Notes under the pieces: generated by a model
The model's input: only the letters and a program-made list of their open reading frames with translations
Database searches by the model: none
What the model was told of the DNA's origin: nothing
Program-made: the position numbers and the translations under genes
Shown here: positions 8,075-16,958 of the stretch, piece after piece
Numbering within the stretch: the stretch's first letter is position 1
How the letters are laid out: each line of letters opens with the position of its first letter
Assembly (NCBI GenBank): GCA_016927185.1
Contig: JAFGND010000071.1
Location: 114,606-134,605, forward strand
Direction: 5' to 3'
From: Candidatus Coatesbacteria bacterium
GTDB taxonomy: Bacteria > JAFGND01
Length of the DNA stretch: 20,000 nt

Positions 8075-8989
8075 ATGTCATTTTGCATTTTCTATGGTTT
8101 TGTTTTATATTTGTTTTTTACATGCAGTCCTGCGAGTAATGTTAATGTAAAAGATGGTGCAAAAATAGTCTATATACCATCAGCTACATTTACCATGGGA
8201 ACAGATTCAACTGAAGTCTCTTTTCTCGAGGATCTTTACCTGAAAGCAACATCAGGAGATTATGACAAAGAGATGCTAAAGATGGAATTTCCAAGAAGGC
8301 AATCAACAGCAGGGAATTTCTGGATTTATCAATATGAGGTTACTAATTCTCAATATAAAATGTTTTGTGATCAGACAAAAAGACAATATCCTGCGGATCC
8401 AGATATATCATGGTTTCAAGGGTATTTCCTGAAAAATCCGAATTATCCTGTTATCAATGTAAGTTACTATGATGCTGATGCTTATGCAAAATGGGCTGGA
8501 GGGGATTTACCTACGGAGGATGAGTGGGAAAGAGTTGCCAGATCATCAGATAGAAGACTTTATCCCTGGGGCAATTCTTCAATAGGATTTGAGAGAGCAA
8601 ATTTCAAACCATTGAGGAATGTAATAGGAGATGGTTATCCATATATTGCCCCAGTTGGTTCATATCCCTTTGGTTGTAATGCAAATGGAGTTATGGATTT
8701 GGCTGGAAATGTATATGAATGGTGTTCAACAACATACAGAGTACCATTTCAGGATCCAACCGATAAGACTATATACAGGATAATAAGAGGTGGTTCATGG
8801 TCAAGTAGTTATTTTGAGCTTAGATGTGCTCACAGGGGTTTTTTTAATGAAAACCTGAAAGCAGCATTTATAGGATTCAGGATAGTAATAAGAAAAGCTC
8901 AGGAAACAACTACTCCAATAAAAACTGCAGTAACTAGTCCAAAGCAGGAACAGGTATCTGAAATAAAGCCTGAAGAAGTAAAGAAGTAG
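8075..8989 (+). CDS. FGE-sulfatase domain protein, probable lipoprotein, paralog of the upstream gene
   Basis: SD AAGGAG upstream. Hydrophobic N-terminus ending LFFTC. Motifs FTMGT, YEVTN, PVINVS, LPTEDEWE, YPWG, PVGSYP, DLAGNVYEW, RGGSW and GFR. Low-complexity T/P/K/E tail. Confidence 0.9.
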   Translation: MSFCIFYGFVLYLFFTCSPASNVNVKDGAKIVYIPSATFTMGTDSTEVSFLEDLYLKATSGDYDKEMLKMEFPRRQSTAGNFWIYQYEVTNSQYKMFCDQTKRQYPADPDISWFQGYFLKNPNYPVINVSYYDADAYAKWAGGDLPTEDEWERVARSSDRRLYPWGNSSIGFERANFKPLRNVIGDGYPYIAPVGSYPFGCNANGVMDLAGNVYEWCSTTYRVPFQDPTDKTIYRIIRGGSWSSSYFELRCAHRGFFNENLKAAFIGFRIVIRKAQETTTPIKTAVTSPKQEQVSEIKPEEVKK

Positions 8990-8995
8990 CTGATT

Positions 8996-10531
8996 TTGAG
9001 TCTAACTAATATTACAATAAAAAATATAGGTTTTAATTTTCTGGCAACTTTGGGAGAAAGAGGATTAACAACAATAGCAAGGCTTATCATGTTCGGTGTT
9101 CTTGCCAATTCGGATATCGGTCTTGCATCATTTGCTATACTGGTTCTAGATTTCGCCACCAAATTCAGGGATCTGGGATTAGGTCAGGCAGTAATCTATT
9201 TTGATGAAAAAATTGATGAAATGCTTGATACAAGCCTTTTCTTGATTGCTGGTTTCAGTCTTATTCTTTGCATTGGAGCTTTTTTCAGTTCAACATTAAT
9301 AGGGAATTTCTTTAATGATCCTCTCAGCATACCTATGATAAAAGTGATATCAATTCAAATTTTTCTCGGTTCACTTGCTTCAGTCCCTTGGTTGTATATT
9401 TATAAAACACTTAAATTCAAGTATTTGATGTATCAGAGAATTATTGGAGCTTTTCTGATAGCAGTTCTATCAATAAGTTTTGCATATATGGGATTCAGGG
9501 CATGGAGTATTGTATTACCATTAGTTATAGTGGAATTCTTTAATATCACATTTCTTTGGCTTATAGCAGGTTATAAACCTAGAATAAGATTTAATCCTGA
9601 AATCGCTAAAAAGATGTTTTCTTATAGTAAATACATTGTATTATCAGCGATTATTGCATTTCTGACAGTTAATATGGATAGAGGTTTCATTCAGAAAATA
9701 CTTGGCTCCGGATCCCTAGGAATTTTTACTGTTGGGATGACACTGGTCTATCAACCAATAATACAACCTTATCATCAAATAGAGTCTGTAATGTTTCCAA
9801 CTTTCTCCATGATAAAAGATGATATAGAGAAGTACAGAAAAGCTTATTTGAGGGCAATTGGCTTGATTTGCACATTAACATCATTTGTAACTGGTTTCAT
9901 ATTTATTGCAGTGGAATACTTCATCCCAATTATCTATGAATCCAGGCTTTATCCTGCAATATCAATAGCAAAGCTTCTGAGCTTACTTTTTTGTATCAGA
10001 ACAATTGCTTCAACATCAAGTCCTGTTTTCAGATCTAAGGGAAAGCCAGAATTCATAAGTTTTATCTCAGGAGGGCAAGGATTGCTTGTCTTCATTTTGT
10101 TAACTTATTTTGGTATGGGATTGAATTTAACTCAAATATGCAATGTTTTGATAGGTATTCAAGTTTTATCTCTTATTGCAGCATTATATTACAGTTTTAA
10201 ATTTGCGAATGTGGCACTCTTTGAAGGGATAAAGATGGTTCTAAAACCATTAATCGCAGCATCTCTTTCTACAGCTATAAGTTACTATCTTATTAAGATG
10301 ATATTGGATAAAGGTATTTTTAGTTTCAGAATTCTCAATACAATTTCTATTTTCATGAAAAATAGTTTAAAGATCCCAGCCTTGCCTGAAGCAATTAATG
10401 GGCTTGTCCTTTCTATTTTCATATATGTAATCATGGGATTTATCTTTAATATATTGATTAATAAAGGATTATTTGTTTATACATTCGAAAAATTAAGAGA
10501 ATATTACAGGCAAATCAGGATTTTTTCTTGA
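8996..10531 (+). CDS. Wzx/PST-family polysaccharide flippase (MOP superfamily)
   Basis: About 12-14 hydrophobic segments. Typical motifs DLGLGQAVI, GFRAWSIV, FSYSKY, NMDRGFIQKILG...LGIF and VMFPTFS. TTG start 6 nt after the previous stop. Confidence 0.88.
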   Translation: MSLTNITIKNIGFNFLATLGERGLTTIARLIMFGVLANSDIGLASFAILVLDFATKFRDLGLGQAVIYFDEKIDEMLDTSLFLIAGFSLILCIGAFFSSTLIGNFFNDPLSIPMIKVISIQIFLGSLASVPWLYIYKTLKFKYLMYQRIIGAFLIAVLSISFAYMGFRAWSIVLPLVIVEFFNITFLWLIAGYKPRIRFNPEIAKKMFSYSKYIVLSAIIAFLTVNMDRGFIQKILGSGSLGIFTVGMTLVYQPIIQPYHQIESVMFPTFSMIKDDIEKYRKAYLRAIGLICTLTSFVTGFIFIAVEYFIPIIYESRLYPAISIAKLLSLLFCIRTIASTSSPVFRSKGKPEFISFISGGQGLLVFILLTYFGMGLNLTQICNVLIGIQVLSLIAALYYSFKFANVALFEGIKMVLKPLIAASLSTAISYYLIKMILDKGIFSFRILNTISIFMKNSLKIPALPEAINGLVLSIFIYVIMGFIFNILINKGLFVYTFEKLREYYRQIRIFS

Positions 10532-12680
10532 TAATACAGATTATCAAGAACAGGATATTCAGGATAAGCAAATACATTGCCAGATTAGAAAAACCTGTTA
10601 TCAGGCTCATTGTATATAGAACAACACCAATTGTTGAACCGAGATAATCATAAGTCCATACTATCGCAGTCTTTTCACTGTGATTTTGGGAAACTGAAAT
10701 GAAAAGGCTTCCATTAGATATTCCTAGAAGAAATAAAAGTAATCCAATAAGAATTTTACCCCAAATATATTCAGACAAAATATTGCTTATACAAAAACCA
10801 AGCATAAATACCATTAATATCAAAATCATTATTGAAAAGAGATAATTGCTTTTAATTGAAAGTGTTACAAGATTCTTAATCATTCCTCCAGTAATCAATC
10901 CGAGCATGAAAATTATATATAAACCTGATATATAATAATAGAGTGCTGCATGAAGACTCTGGAATAGTAGAATAAAAATCAATTCATAGGATATGCAAGC
11001 CATTGTAAATAGAGCAATTACATTGAAATCTCTATTTGGATTAAAAGTGATTAGTGAAATTAAAAAAAGTACTAAAAGAAGACAAATCATTAAATAATCA
11101 AGTATTTTTTTACCAATTAGTTCATGAATAGTATTTTCTATGAAAAGATTATTTTCCCATAAAGTATTCCAGTAAATTGAAGCAAGAAGGACAGTTACGG
11201 GCTTGTTATCCCTGTTTATTTCTCCTTTCTCCATGTTCAATTTGCCAATAAGCTCATTTGTTCTTATATCATTAATATATGCAGATATATTCTCCCTCAT
11301 TATATATTCATTATTATCTATTTCTGGATGCCAGTTGGCAACTATTTCTTCTACAGATTGAGAAATCCTGCCATTACCTGCTACGATAAAAATCTCATCA
11401 TCAACCCAGTATGAGATATTCTTGAAAATTAGCTTAGCAGTTTTTCTCAATGATGCAATATACTTGATATGGTATTTAGAGAAATAGCTTGAGCTGCCTG
11501 TAATTGGAAATACAAGGATACCTTCTTTGTTCAATGATTCAAGAGCTATCTGGAAAAACTCAACAGTATATAATCTGTTATTTTGCAGGTTCATTGGTTG
11601 TCCTGATAGATTTATAATCACATCATATTTGGTTTTTGTTTTCTTGAGATAATTTCTGGGATCTGAAATAATCAAATTCACTTTATCGTTTTTATAACAA
11701 TTGGTAATGCTCTCAGGCAGGAATTTTGAGAATAGATCACCCAATTTTTTATCAATTATTAATATATCAATTTGCAAACCAGGATATTTACATAATTGTT
11801 CTTCAATTCCTGTTCCCATACCCTCCAGGACAAGTATTCTTCTGGGATTCTTGTTGAAAATCAAAGGAATATGAGCTAACCTTTCTGCATTATATTTGTT
11901 AGCTATATGTCTTGTTGGATTATTATCATGCAAAACGATATATTCTCCCTGATTATTCAATAGTGTATAACTCCCGTAATGTGAAACTGTATGCTTTATG
12001 AGAGATGCTTGTGGAAATCTATTATGTATTATTTTGCTTCTAAGTATCCCAGGAAGATCAATAATAAGTGAGATTGTTAGTATTAGTAAAGCTATTACTG
12101 ACATTATTTTATAAAATCGTAATGCAGGAACTAGTAATATCAATAGAAATCCCAGCAATGATAATATTATAGTATTTTCTATAAGGGGAATAAGAAGAGC
12201 CAGAGAAAAAAGGGCTCCAATCAATGATCCGATTGCATCAAGAATATAGACTAAATAAGGTTTTTCTAATCTACATAATGCAGCGAATTCCATTCCAAAG
12301 ATTGATGAATATGGCAAGAGGAAACCTAATACAAAAAGCAATATTGAAAGAAATGGATAATAACCTTCTCTGAGGGAAGTTACAAGGAAAGGTAATAAGG
12401 ACATTGTCAAAATAATAAATAGAAGTATGAAAATTGATATCAAGTGAAGATTTATGTATGTTTTGAGTGATTGCTTTATTTTTCCAGAGAAAGCGTTGAA
12501 TATTTTACTCCCCAAAGCATTACCAAGTAACCAGCTTCCAAGTGAAAAAATCAAGACGAACTCTATTCCCCCAAAATTTTCCATGAATAACCTGAACAAA
12601 AGTATCTGTGATGAAAAACCGAGAAATCCACTGAACAGGATTAGAAACCTCAATGAGTTTTCTTTTGGAATAATATGCAT
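10515..12680 (-). CDS. Membrane-domain / spermidine-synthase-like (class I SAM-fold) fusion with degenerate active-site motifs
   Basis: About 7 N-terminal TMs (SQILLFR, YILDAIGSLIG), a central soluble domain (SHYG, LAHIPL, PRRILVL, DPRNYL, KYDVII, NRLYTVEFF, LNKEGIL, NRDNKP) and about 6 C-terminal TMs (YDYLGS). ATG 12680 is preferred over TTG 12719 because the promoter overlaps the latter. The 3' end overlaps the flippase by 17 nt. Confidence 0.8.
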   Translation of the reverse strand: MHIIPKENSLRFLILFSGFLGFSSQILLFRLFMENFGGIEFVLIFSLGSWLLGNALGSKIFNAFSGKIKQSLKTYINLHLISIFILLFIILTMSLLPFLVTSLREGYYPFLSILLFVLGFLLPYSSIFGMEFAALCRLEKPYLVYILDAIGSLIGALFSLALLIPLIENTIILSLLGFLLILLVPALRFYKIMSVIALLILTISLIIDLPGILRSKIIHNRFPQASLIKHTVSHYGSYTLLNNQGEYIVLHDNNPTRHIANKYNAERLAHIPLIFNKNPRRILVLEGMGTGIEEQLCKYPGLQIDILIIDKKLGDLFSKFLPESITNCYKNDKVNLIISDPRNYLKKTKTKYDVIINLSGQPMNLQNNRLYTVEFFQIALESLNKEGILVFPITGSSSYFSKYHIKYIASLRKTAKLIFKNISYWVDDEIFIVAGNGRISQSVEEIVANWHPEIDNNEYIMRENISAYINDIRTNELIGKLNMEKGEINRDNKPVTVLLASIYWNTLWENNLFIENTIHELIGKKILDYLMICLLLVLFLISLITFNPNRDFNVIALFTMACISYELIFILLFQSLHAALYYYISGLYIIFMLGLITGGMIKNLVTLSIKSNYLFSIMILILMVFMLGFCISNILSEYIWGKILIGLLLFLLGISNGSLFISVSQNHSEKTAIVWTYDYLGSTIGVVLYTMSLITGFSNLAMYLLILNILFLIICIIKKKS

Positions 12681-12687
12681 GCTGCAG

Positions 12688-12715
12688 AATATAATAATAT
12701 AAACAAGTAGGTCAA
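12688..12715 (-). promoter_or_regulatory. Sigma70-type promoter, probably producing a leaderless mRNA
   Basis: Minus strand reads TTGACC (12715-12710), N16, TATATT (12693-12688), 7 nt, ATG (12680). No SD is present. Confidence 0.55.
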
Positions 12716-12795
12716 GCAATTAGAAATTACTTGCTAAAAATTGCATTAATAATGGCATGACACCAAGTGATATGAAAATCCATGGGAGGTAAAAA

Positions 12796-13338
12796 ATGAA
12801 GTTGCTTAAAAGCATGAGTTTACTTTTTCTTCTTCTCTTTTTCTCGTGCGGGGAACAAGCAGATGATTCAAGCAAGAAATCTGAAGGAACAAAAGAAGCA
12901 GATAAAAAAGAAGAATCAACAGAAGGAGCATTCACAACTCTTGACGGAAATTCGGCTAACCTGGATAACCTTAAGGGAAAGGTTGTTTTAATAGATTTTT
13001 GGGCAACCTGGTGCCCACCATGCAAAGCAGGTATGCCAACAATGCAGGCAATTTCAAAGCAATATGAAGGCAAGGACTTTGTAATGATAGGAGTGAGTCT
13101 GGATAATAAACCTGATATTGCAGCTGATTATGTAAAGAAAAACAATTTTACTTATACTTTCTGGTTTGGAAAGGATAAGCAATTGATAAAAAAGCGTTTT
13201 GAATTTCAGGGAATTCCTGCACTATTCCTGCTTGACAAGGAAGGAAAAACAGTATGGAATCATATTGGTTTTAATGCATCTGATGCTGAAGGAGAAAAGG
13301 CGAAAATAACTGCTGAAATAGATAAATACTTGAAATAG
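12796..13338 (+). CDS. TlpA/ResA-family thiol-disulfide oxidoreductase lipoprotein
   Basis: SD GGGAGGT at 12784-12790, lipobox LFFSC, KGKVVLIDFWATWCPPCK, and cis-Pro loop GIP.LFLLDKEG. Confidence 0.93.
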   Translation: MKLLKSMSLLFLLLFFSCGEQADDSSKKSEGTKEADKKEESTEGAFTTLDGNSANLDNLKGKVVLIDFWATWCPPCKAGMPTMQAISKQYEGKDFVMIGVSLDNKPDIAADYVKKNNFTYTFWFGKDKQLIKKRFEFQGIPALFLLDKEGKTVWNHIGFNASDAEGEKAKITAEIDKYLK

Positions 13339-13364
13339 ATACTCTGGATCCAAAGGAGGCAAAA

Positions 13365-14858
13365 ATGCGTACTTCTATATTAATAACATTGATTATTGCA
13401 ATGTTAGCAACATTTCTTGCAGCTGAGAAAATTGCTTTGATTCAATTCGTTCCAGATGATCAGGACAATCATGACCTGGTATACATGACCAAGGAGATTA
13501 CAACCAATTTCAGGGAAGCCCTTAGCAAGAAGGGCTGGCAAGTCTATGATCAGAAGAAAACCCAGAATGAGGCAAAGAATGTTGGTGTTGACTGGGGTAA
13601 ATCTGAAATTACAGAGGAACAGGCAAAGAAGCTGGGAGAAAAACTTGATGTCGAATATATTATATCAGGAAGAGTATCTCCAGGACAGGAAGAGGGTCAA
13701 TATAAAATCCTTATTCTCATGACATATACAAAGATGATGAATGCTTTCAAGGAAATTGAAACAATTACATCAAGAGATGAAAAGGAGATAAGAAGTCAGG
13801 TAGAGAAAATCGATCCAGCATTGAAAGATCTGAAATGCAATTTCTGTGCTGAATATATAAGCAGAGGGCAACAGTGTTATGATGATGGTAACCTGGCAGA
13901 TGCAGAGATTGAATTCAAGAAGGTAGTTGATATGGATCCTAACAACATGGATGCAATTCTGTTACTGGGAAGAGTCTATTATGATCAACATAAATATGAC
14001 GATGCAATCAAATTCTATACTGACATGCTTAACAAGAATCCGAAAAACGATAACTTACTTGTCGCTTTGGGACTGACCTATGAGGAAATGAAACAGGATG
14101 AAAAAGCAATTGAAATGTATGAAAAAGCAGTTGCCAACAAGACAAAGGAAAAGAATATCTACATAAGTCTTTACAGACTATATAAAAAGAAAAATGAGGA
14201 GAAAAAAGCTACTGATATTCTTGATACATTGGTTAAAATAAATCCGGATGATGTAGATATATGGTATTCAGTAGGTTTTGGTTTTTTCCAGACAGGCAAG
14301 TTTGACGATGCAGCCAAGATCTTTCAGGAGAGAGTACTTCCGGAATTCACAAAATCAAAACCCGATCAGCTTTGGAGAATCAATTACATGATGGGTGATT
14401 GCTATAGCAGAACAGGTCAATGGAGTCAGGCGGCAACTTGTTATCAATCTGCACTTCAGAATATAAAAGGCGATTTTCCAGGCGTAATGGATGATATAAG
14501 GTATAAACACTTCAGGTCAGTATTTTCACAGGATAAGACTGCTGGAGCTTCACTTGCCAAATCCTATATGGGCATAACAAAGAATGACAGATACAGAGAG
14601 CTTTATAAAAAGGTTACTGAATCAGGCACATCTGATGGCGGGGATGCAAAGAAGATATTCAAGCAGGCATCAGATTTGTATGAATCTGCTAAAGCAAAAG
14701 CTCTGGTCAAACCTTTCAATGCAGCTACAGTTCAGGAAGCAATAGGGATTTTCCAGAGAGCAAGAGGCTTGTATAATCAGATAAAGATAGATGCAGGTGT
14801 CAGGAATTGCGACAAAATGATAGATTATTGCAAGAAGCGTCTTGAAATGAAGAGATAG
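13365..14858 (+). CDS. Exported tetratricopeptide-repeat protein with N-terminal TolB_N/CsgG-like domain
   Basis: SD AAGGAGG and a signal peptide. N-domain KIALIQF...AKKLGEKLDVEYIISGRV. About 6 TPR units (e.g. AEIEFKKVVDMDPNNMDAILLLGRVYY, ALGLTYEEMKQDEKAIEMYEKA). Confidence 0.82.
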   Translation: MRTSILITLIIAMLATFLAAEKIALIQFVPDDQDNHDLVYMTKEITTNFREALSKKGWQVYDQKKTQNEAKNVGVDWGKSEITEEQAKKLGEKLDVEYIISGRVSPGQEEGQYKILILMTYTKMMNAFKEIETITSRDEKEIRSQVEKIDPALKDLKCNFCAEYISRGQQCYDDGNLADAEIEFKKVVDMDPNNMDAILLLGRVYYDQHKYDDAIKFYTDMLNKNPKNDNLLVALGLTYEEMKQDEKAIEMYEKAVANKTKEKNIYISLYRLYKKKNEEKKATDILDTLVKINPDDVDIWYSVGFGFFQTGKFDDAAKIFQERVLPEFTKSKPDQLWRINYMMGDCYSRTGQWSQAATCYQSALQNIKGDFPGVMDDIRYKHFRSVFSQDKTAGASLAKSYMGITKNDRYRELYKKVTESGTSDGGDAKKIFKQASDLYESAKAKALVKPFNAATVQEAIGIFQRARGLYNQIKIDAGVRNCDKMIDYCKKRLEMKR

Positions 14859-14864
14859 TAAATC

Positions 14865-15347
14865 ATGGAAACAAGCATAGTAGAAATAAGGAATCCTGAA
14901 GGTCTGAATATTGTTATTGGACAGACTCATTTCATAAAATCTGTAGAAGATATATATGAAGCAATAATTTGTACGAATCCGTCTGCCAAATTCGGACTTG
15001 CTTTTCTTGAAGCAAGCGGACCTTGCTTGATAAGAACTGAGGGAACGGATGACAGCCTTACAGAACTGGCAAGGGAAAATGCTGAACTTCTCTCTACTGG
15101 GCATGTTTTCATTCTGTTTCTTGGAGATATTTATCCAATAAATATATTGAATCAGATCAAGCAAATCCCTGAGGTATGCCATATTTATTGTGCAACTGCG
15201 AATCCTTTGCAAGTAATTGTAGCAAGAACAGAGCAAGGAGCAGGCATTCTGGGAGTGATTGATGGCTTTTACCCAAAAGGCGTTGAATCTCAAGAAGATA
15301 TAAAAAACAGACAGGATTTCCTGCGTAAAATCGGATATAAGTTTTAA
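14865..15347 (+). CDS. Adenosine-specific kinase family protein (formerly DUF355)
   Basis: Characteristic NIVIGQTHFIKSVEDIYE, FGLAFLEASG, GHVF, YPINILN, EVC.IYCATANP, GILGVIDG and LRKIGYK; 160 aa. Confidence 0.92.
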   Translation: METSIVEIRNPEGLNIVIGQTHFIKSVEDIYEAIICTNPSAKFGLAFLEASGPCLIRTEGTDDSLTELARENAELLSTGHVFILFLGDIYPINILNQIKQIPEVCHIYCATANPLQVIVARTEQGAGILGVIDGFYPKGVESQEDIKNRQDFLRKIGYKF

Positions 15348-15350
15348 CAG

Positions 15351-15380
15351 TTAATCCTCAGAAATAATTCTGGGGATTAA
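15351..15380. terminator. Probable intrinsic terminator between convergent operons
   Basis: TTAATCCTCAGAA-ataa-TTCTGGGGATTAA forms a 13-bp stem (one G.U on +). It lies 3 nt after the kinase stop and is followed by TCTTTCT. Confidence 0.75.
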
Positions 15381-15392
15381 TCTTTCTATATA

Positions 15393-15680
15393 CTAATTAT
15401 TACTTTTAGATTTTTTAGCATCCTGGTATGCATTAATAGCAGAAAAGATCCAGATAGAAAGCATTACCAGACATAATACCACTAATCCCCATGTTTGTTT
15501 CTTGTAAAGCAGGAATGCAATCAGGCAAGTACCATAGAATGTCACGAAAATTATTATTCCAAAAGCAATTTGTCTGTTGTATATCTGTCCAAGTCCTGCT
15601 ACTATGCAAGACATTATGCAGGCTAGCAAAGGATTGCTTTCTTTTTTAGATGCTTGTTCTCCTGCATTCTTCTCTTCCAT
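15393..15680 (-). CDS. Small membrane protein with TM2/DUF5683-like motif
   Basis: NPLLACIMSCIVAGLGQIYN.Q..G motif plus two further TMs ending W.FS..NAY. Start is 1 nt after the moxR stop. Confidence 0.75.
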   Translation of the reverse strand: MEEKNAGEQASKKESNPLLACIMSCIVAGLGQIYNRQIAFGIIIFVTFYGTCLIAFLLYKKQTWGLVVLCLVMLSIWIFSAINAYQDAKKSKSNN

Positions 15681-15681
15681 A

Positions 15682-16695
15682 TTACCTTTTAACTATTTTT
15701 TTTATTTCCCTTATTATATCAATAGAATCTTTACCTTCTGCTTCTGCCTCATAATTGACTATTATCCTGTGGGATAAAACAGGCTCAAGGAATTCATCTA
15801 TATCGTCTCTGGTTGGGGTTGCCCTGCCATCGAGAAGTGCTTTCACTTTTGATGCAAGAAGAAGATACTGGCAAGCTCTTGTACCGGCTCCCCAGCGGAT
15901 ATACTTCTTTACCAATTGAGGTGAAGAAGGGTTTCCAGGTCTTAAAGACTGGACAATATCTACCGCATAAGATACAACGACTTCCGAGACAGGAACGTAT
16001 CTTACGATATTCTGGAGTTCAATTATTTGTCTGGGTGTAATTATTTTTGAAAGATCATACTCATCTGGTGATGTTGTTTTGTTAGCGATTTTCATCTCAT
16101 CAGCTTTTGATGGGTAATCTAGTCTGAGTGAAAACATGAATCTGTCAAGCTGAGCTTCAGGAAGGGGATAGGTTCCTTCCTGCTCAATTGGGTTCTGTGT
16201 TGCAAGTACAAAGAATGGTAAAGGCAAGTTATATGTTTTACCGGCAGCAGTAACCTGATACTCCTGCATTGCCTGTAGCAGTGCTGCCTGCGTTTTCGGG
16301 GGTGTCCTGTTTATCTCATCCGCAAGTATAAGCGATGAAAATACAGGACCTTTAACAAAAACAAGCTGTCTTCTTCTTGTCTCGGGCTCCTCCTGGATTA
16401 TTTCTGTCCCGATTATATCTGAAGGCATAAGATCCGGAGTGAATTGTATCCTGTTGAAGGATAGATCAAGAATTTTGCCTAAAGTCATTATCAGAAGCGT
16501 CTTACCAAGACCTGGTACTCCTATCAACAGGCAATGCCCTCTGGCAAGCAATGCTATCAATAGTTGTTCAATAATCTTGTTCTGACCAATAATGACTTTT
16601 GATATTTCATTCCTTATTTTCAAGGAACTTTCATGAATTGTCTTTAAACTTTCTTCATCTATCTTGATGTCAGCCTTTAAATCCCTGCTTTGCAT
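15682..16695 (-). CDS. moxR: MoxR-family AAA+ ATPase
   Basis: Walker A GVPGLGKT, RIQFTPDLMPSDIIG, Walker B LADEINR, ATQNPIEQEGTYPLPEAQLDRF, and VLSHR. Confidence 0.95.
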   Translation of the reverse strand: MQSRDLKADIKIDEESLKTIHESSLKIRNEISKVIIGQNKIIEQLLIALLARGHCLLIGVPGLGKTLLIMTLGKILDLSFNRIQFTPDLMPSDIIGTEIIQEEPETRRRQLVFVKGPVFSSLILADEINRTPPKTQAALLQAMQEYQVTAAGKTYNLPLPFFVLATQNPIEQEGTYPLPEAQLDRFMFSLRLDYPSKADEMKIANKTTSPDEYDLSKIITPRQIIELQNIVRYVPVSEVVVSYAVDIVQSLRPGNPSSPQLVKKYIRWGAGTRACQYLLLASKVKALLDGRATPTRDDIDEFLEPVLSHRIIVNYEAEAEGKDSIDIIREIKKIVKR

Positions 16696-16905
16696 AGGGG
16701 CAAGAAACTTATATCAAGTCATTTTTGCAAGGATATTGTTTCTTTTAATGACAAATAGACGCTGGACTTCTAACAATGAGTTTTTATGATAATAAACCGT
16801 ATATGGATGCTTATTAAGACTTGCTTTTTCAATATTTCATAATTTTGCAGTGTATACCTCAGTCCCTCATTTGCTGGGCTAAATTAAGCAAATCTTTGAA
16901 ATCAC

Positions 16906-16933
16906 TTGACAGGAAGAATCTGTCTGGTATTTT
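16906..16933 (+). promoter_or_regulatory. Putative sigma70 promoter of the GWxTD-GT2 operon
   Basis: Consensus TTGACA at 16906-16911, N16, then TATTTT at 16928-16933 with an extended -10 TG at 16925-16926. SD GAGGAGG precedes ATG 16959. Confidence 0.55.
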
Positions 16934-16958
16934 TTCTGCAAGTTATTGAGGAGGTAAT

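Noticed and set aside
7317-8989. Diversity-generating retroelement targeting the FGE/CLec-fold genes
   Set aside because: No reverse transcriptase or Avd gene and no near-identical template repeat in the window. The two C-terminal GGS...GFR regions differ at all base types, not only at adenines. A remote DGR cannot be excluded without the genome.
8996-12680. Visibly AT-richer stretch as a horizontally acquired island
   Set aside because: It can be explained by Ile/Phe/Leu-rich membrane proteins. No integrase, tRNA, IS or flanking direct repeats were seen, and composition was not computed.
14670-15293. 207-aa antisense ORF and other short track ORFs (2047, 2449, 3260, 3889, 5898, 6924, 8899, 12454, 12720, 14927, 15577, 15813, 17069, 18528)
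   Set aside because: All overlap confident genes on the opposite strand and show no family motifs.
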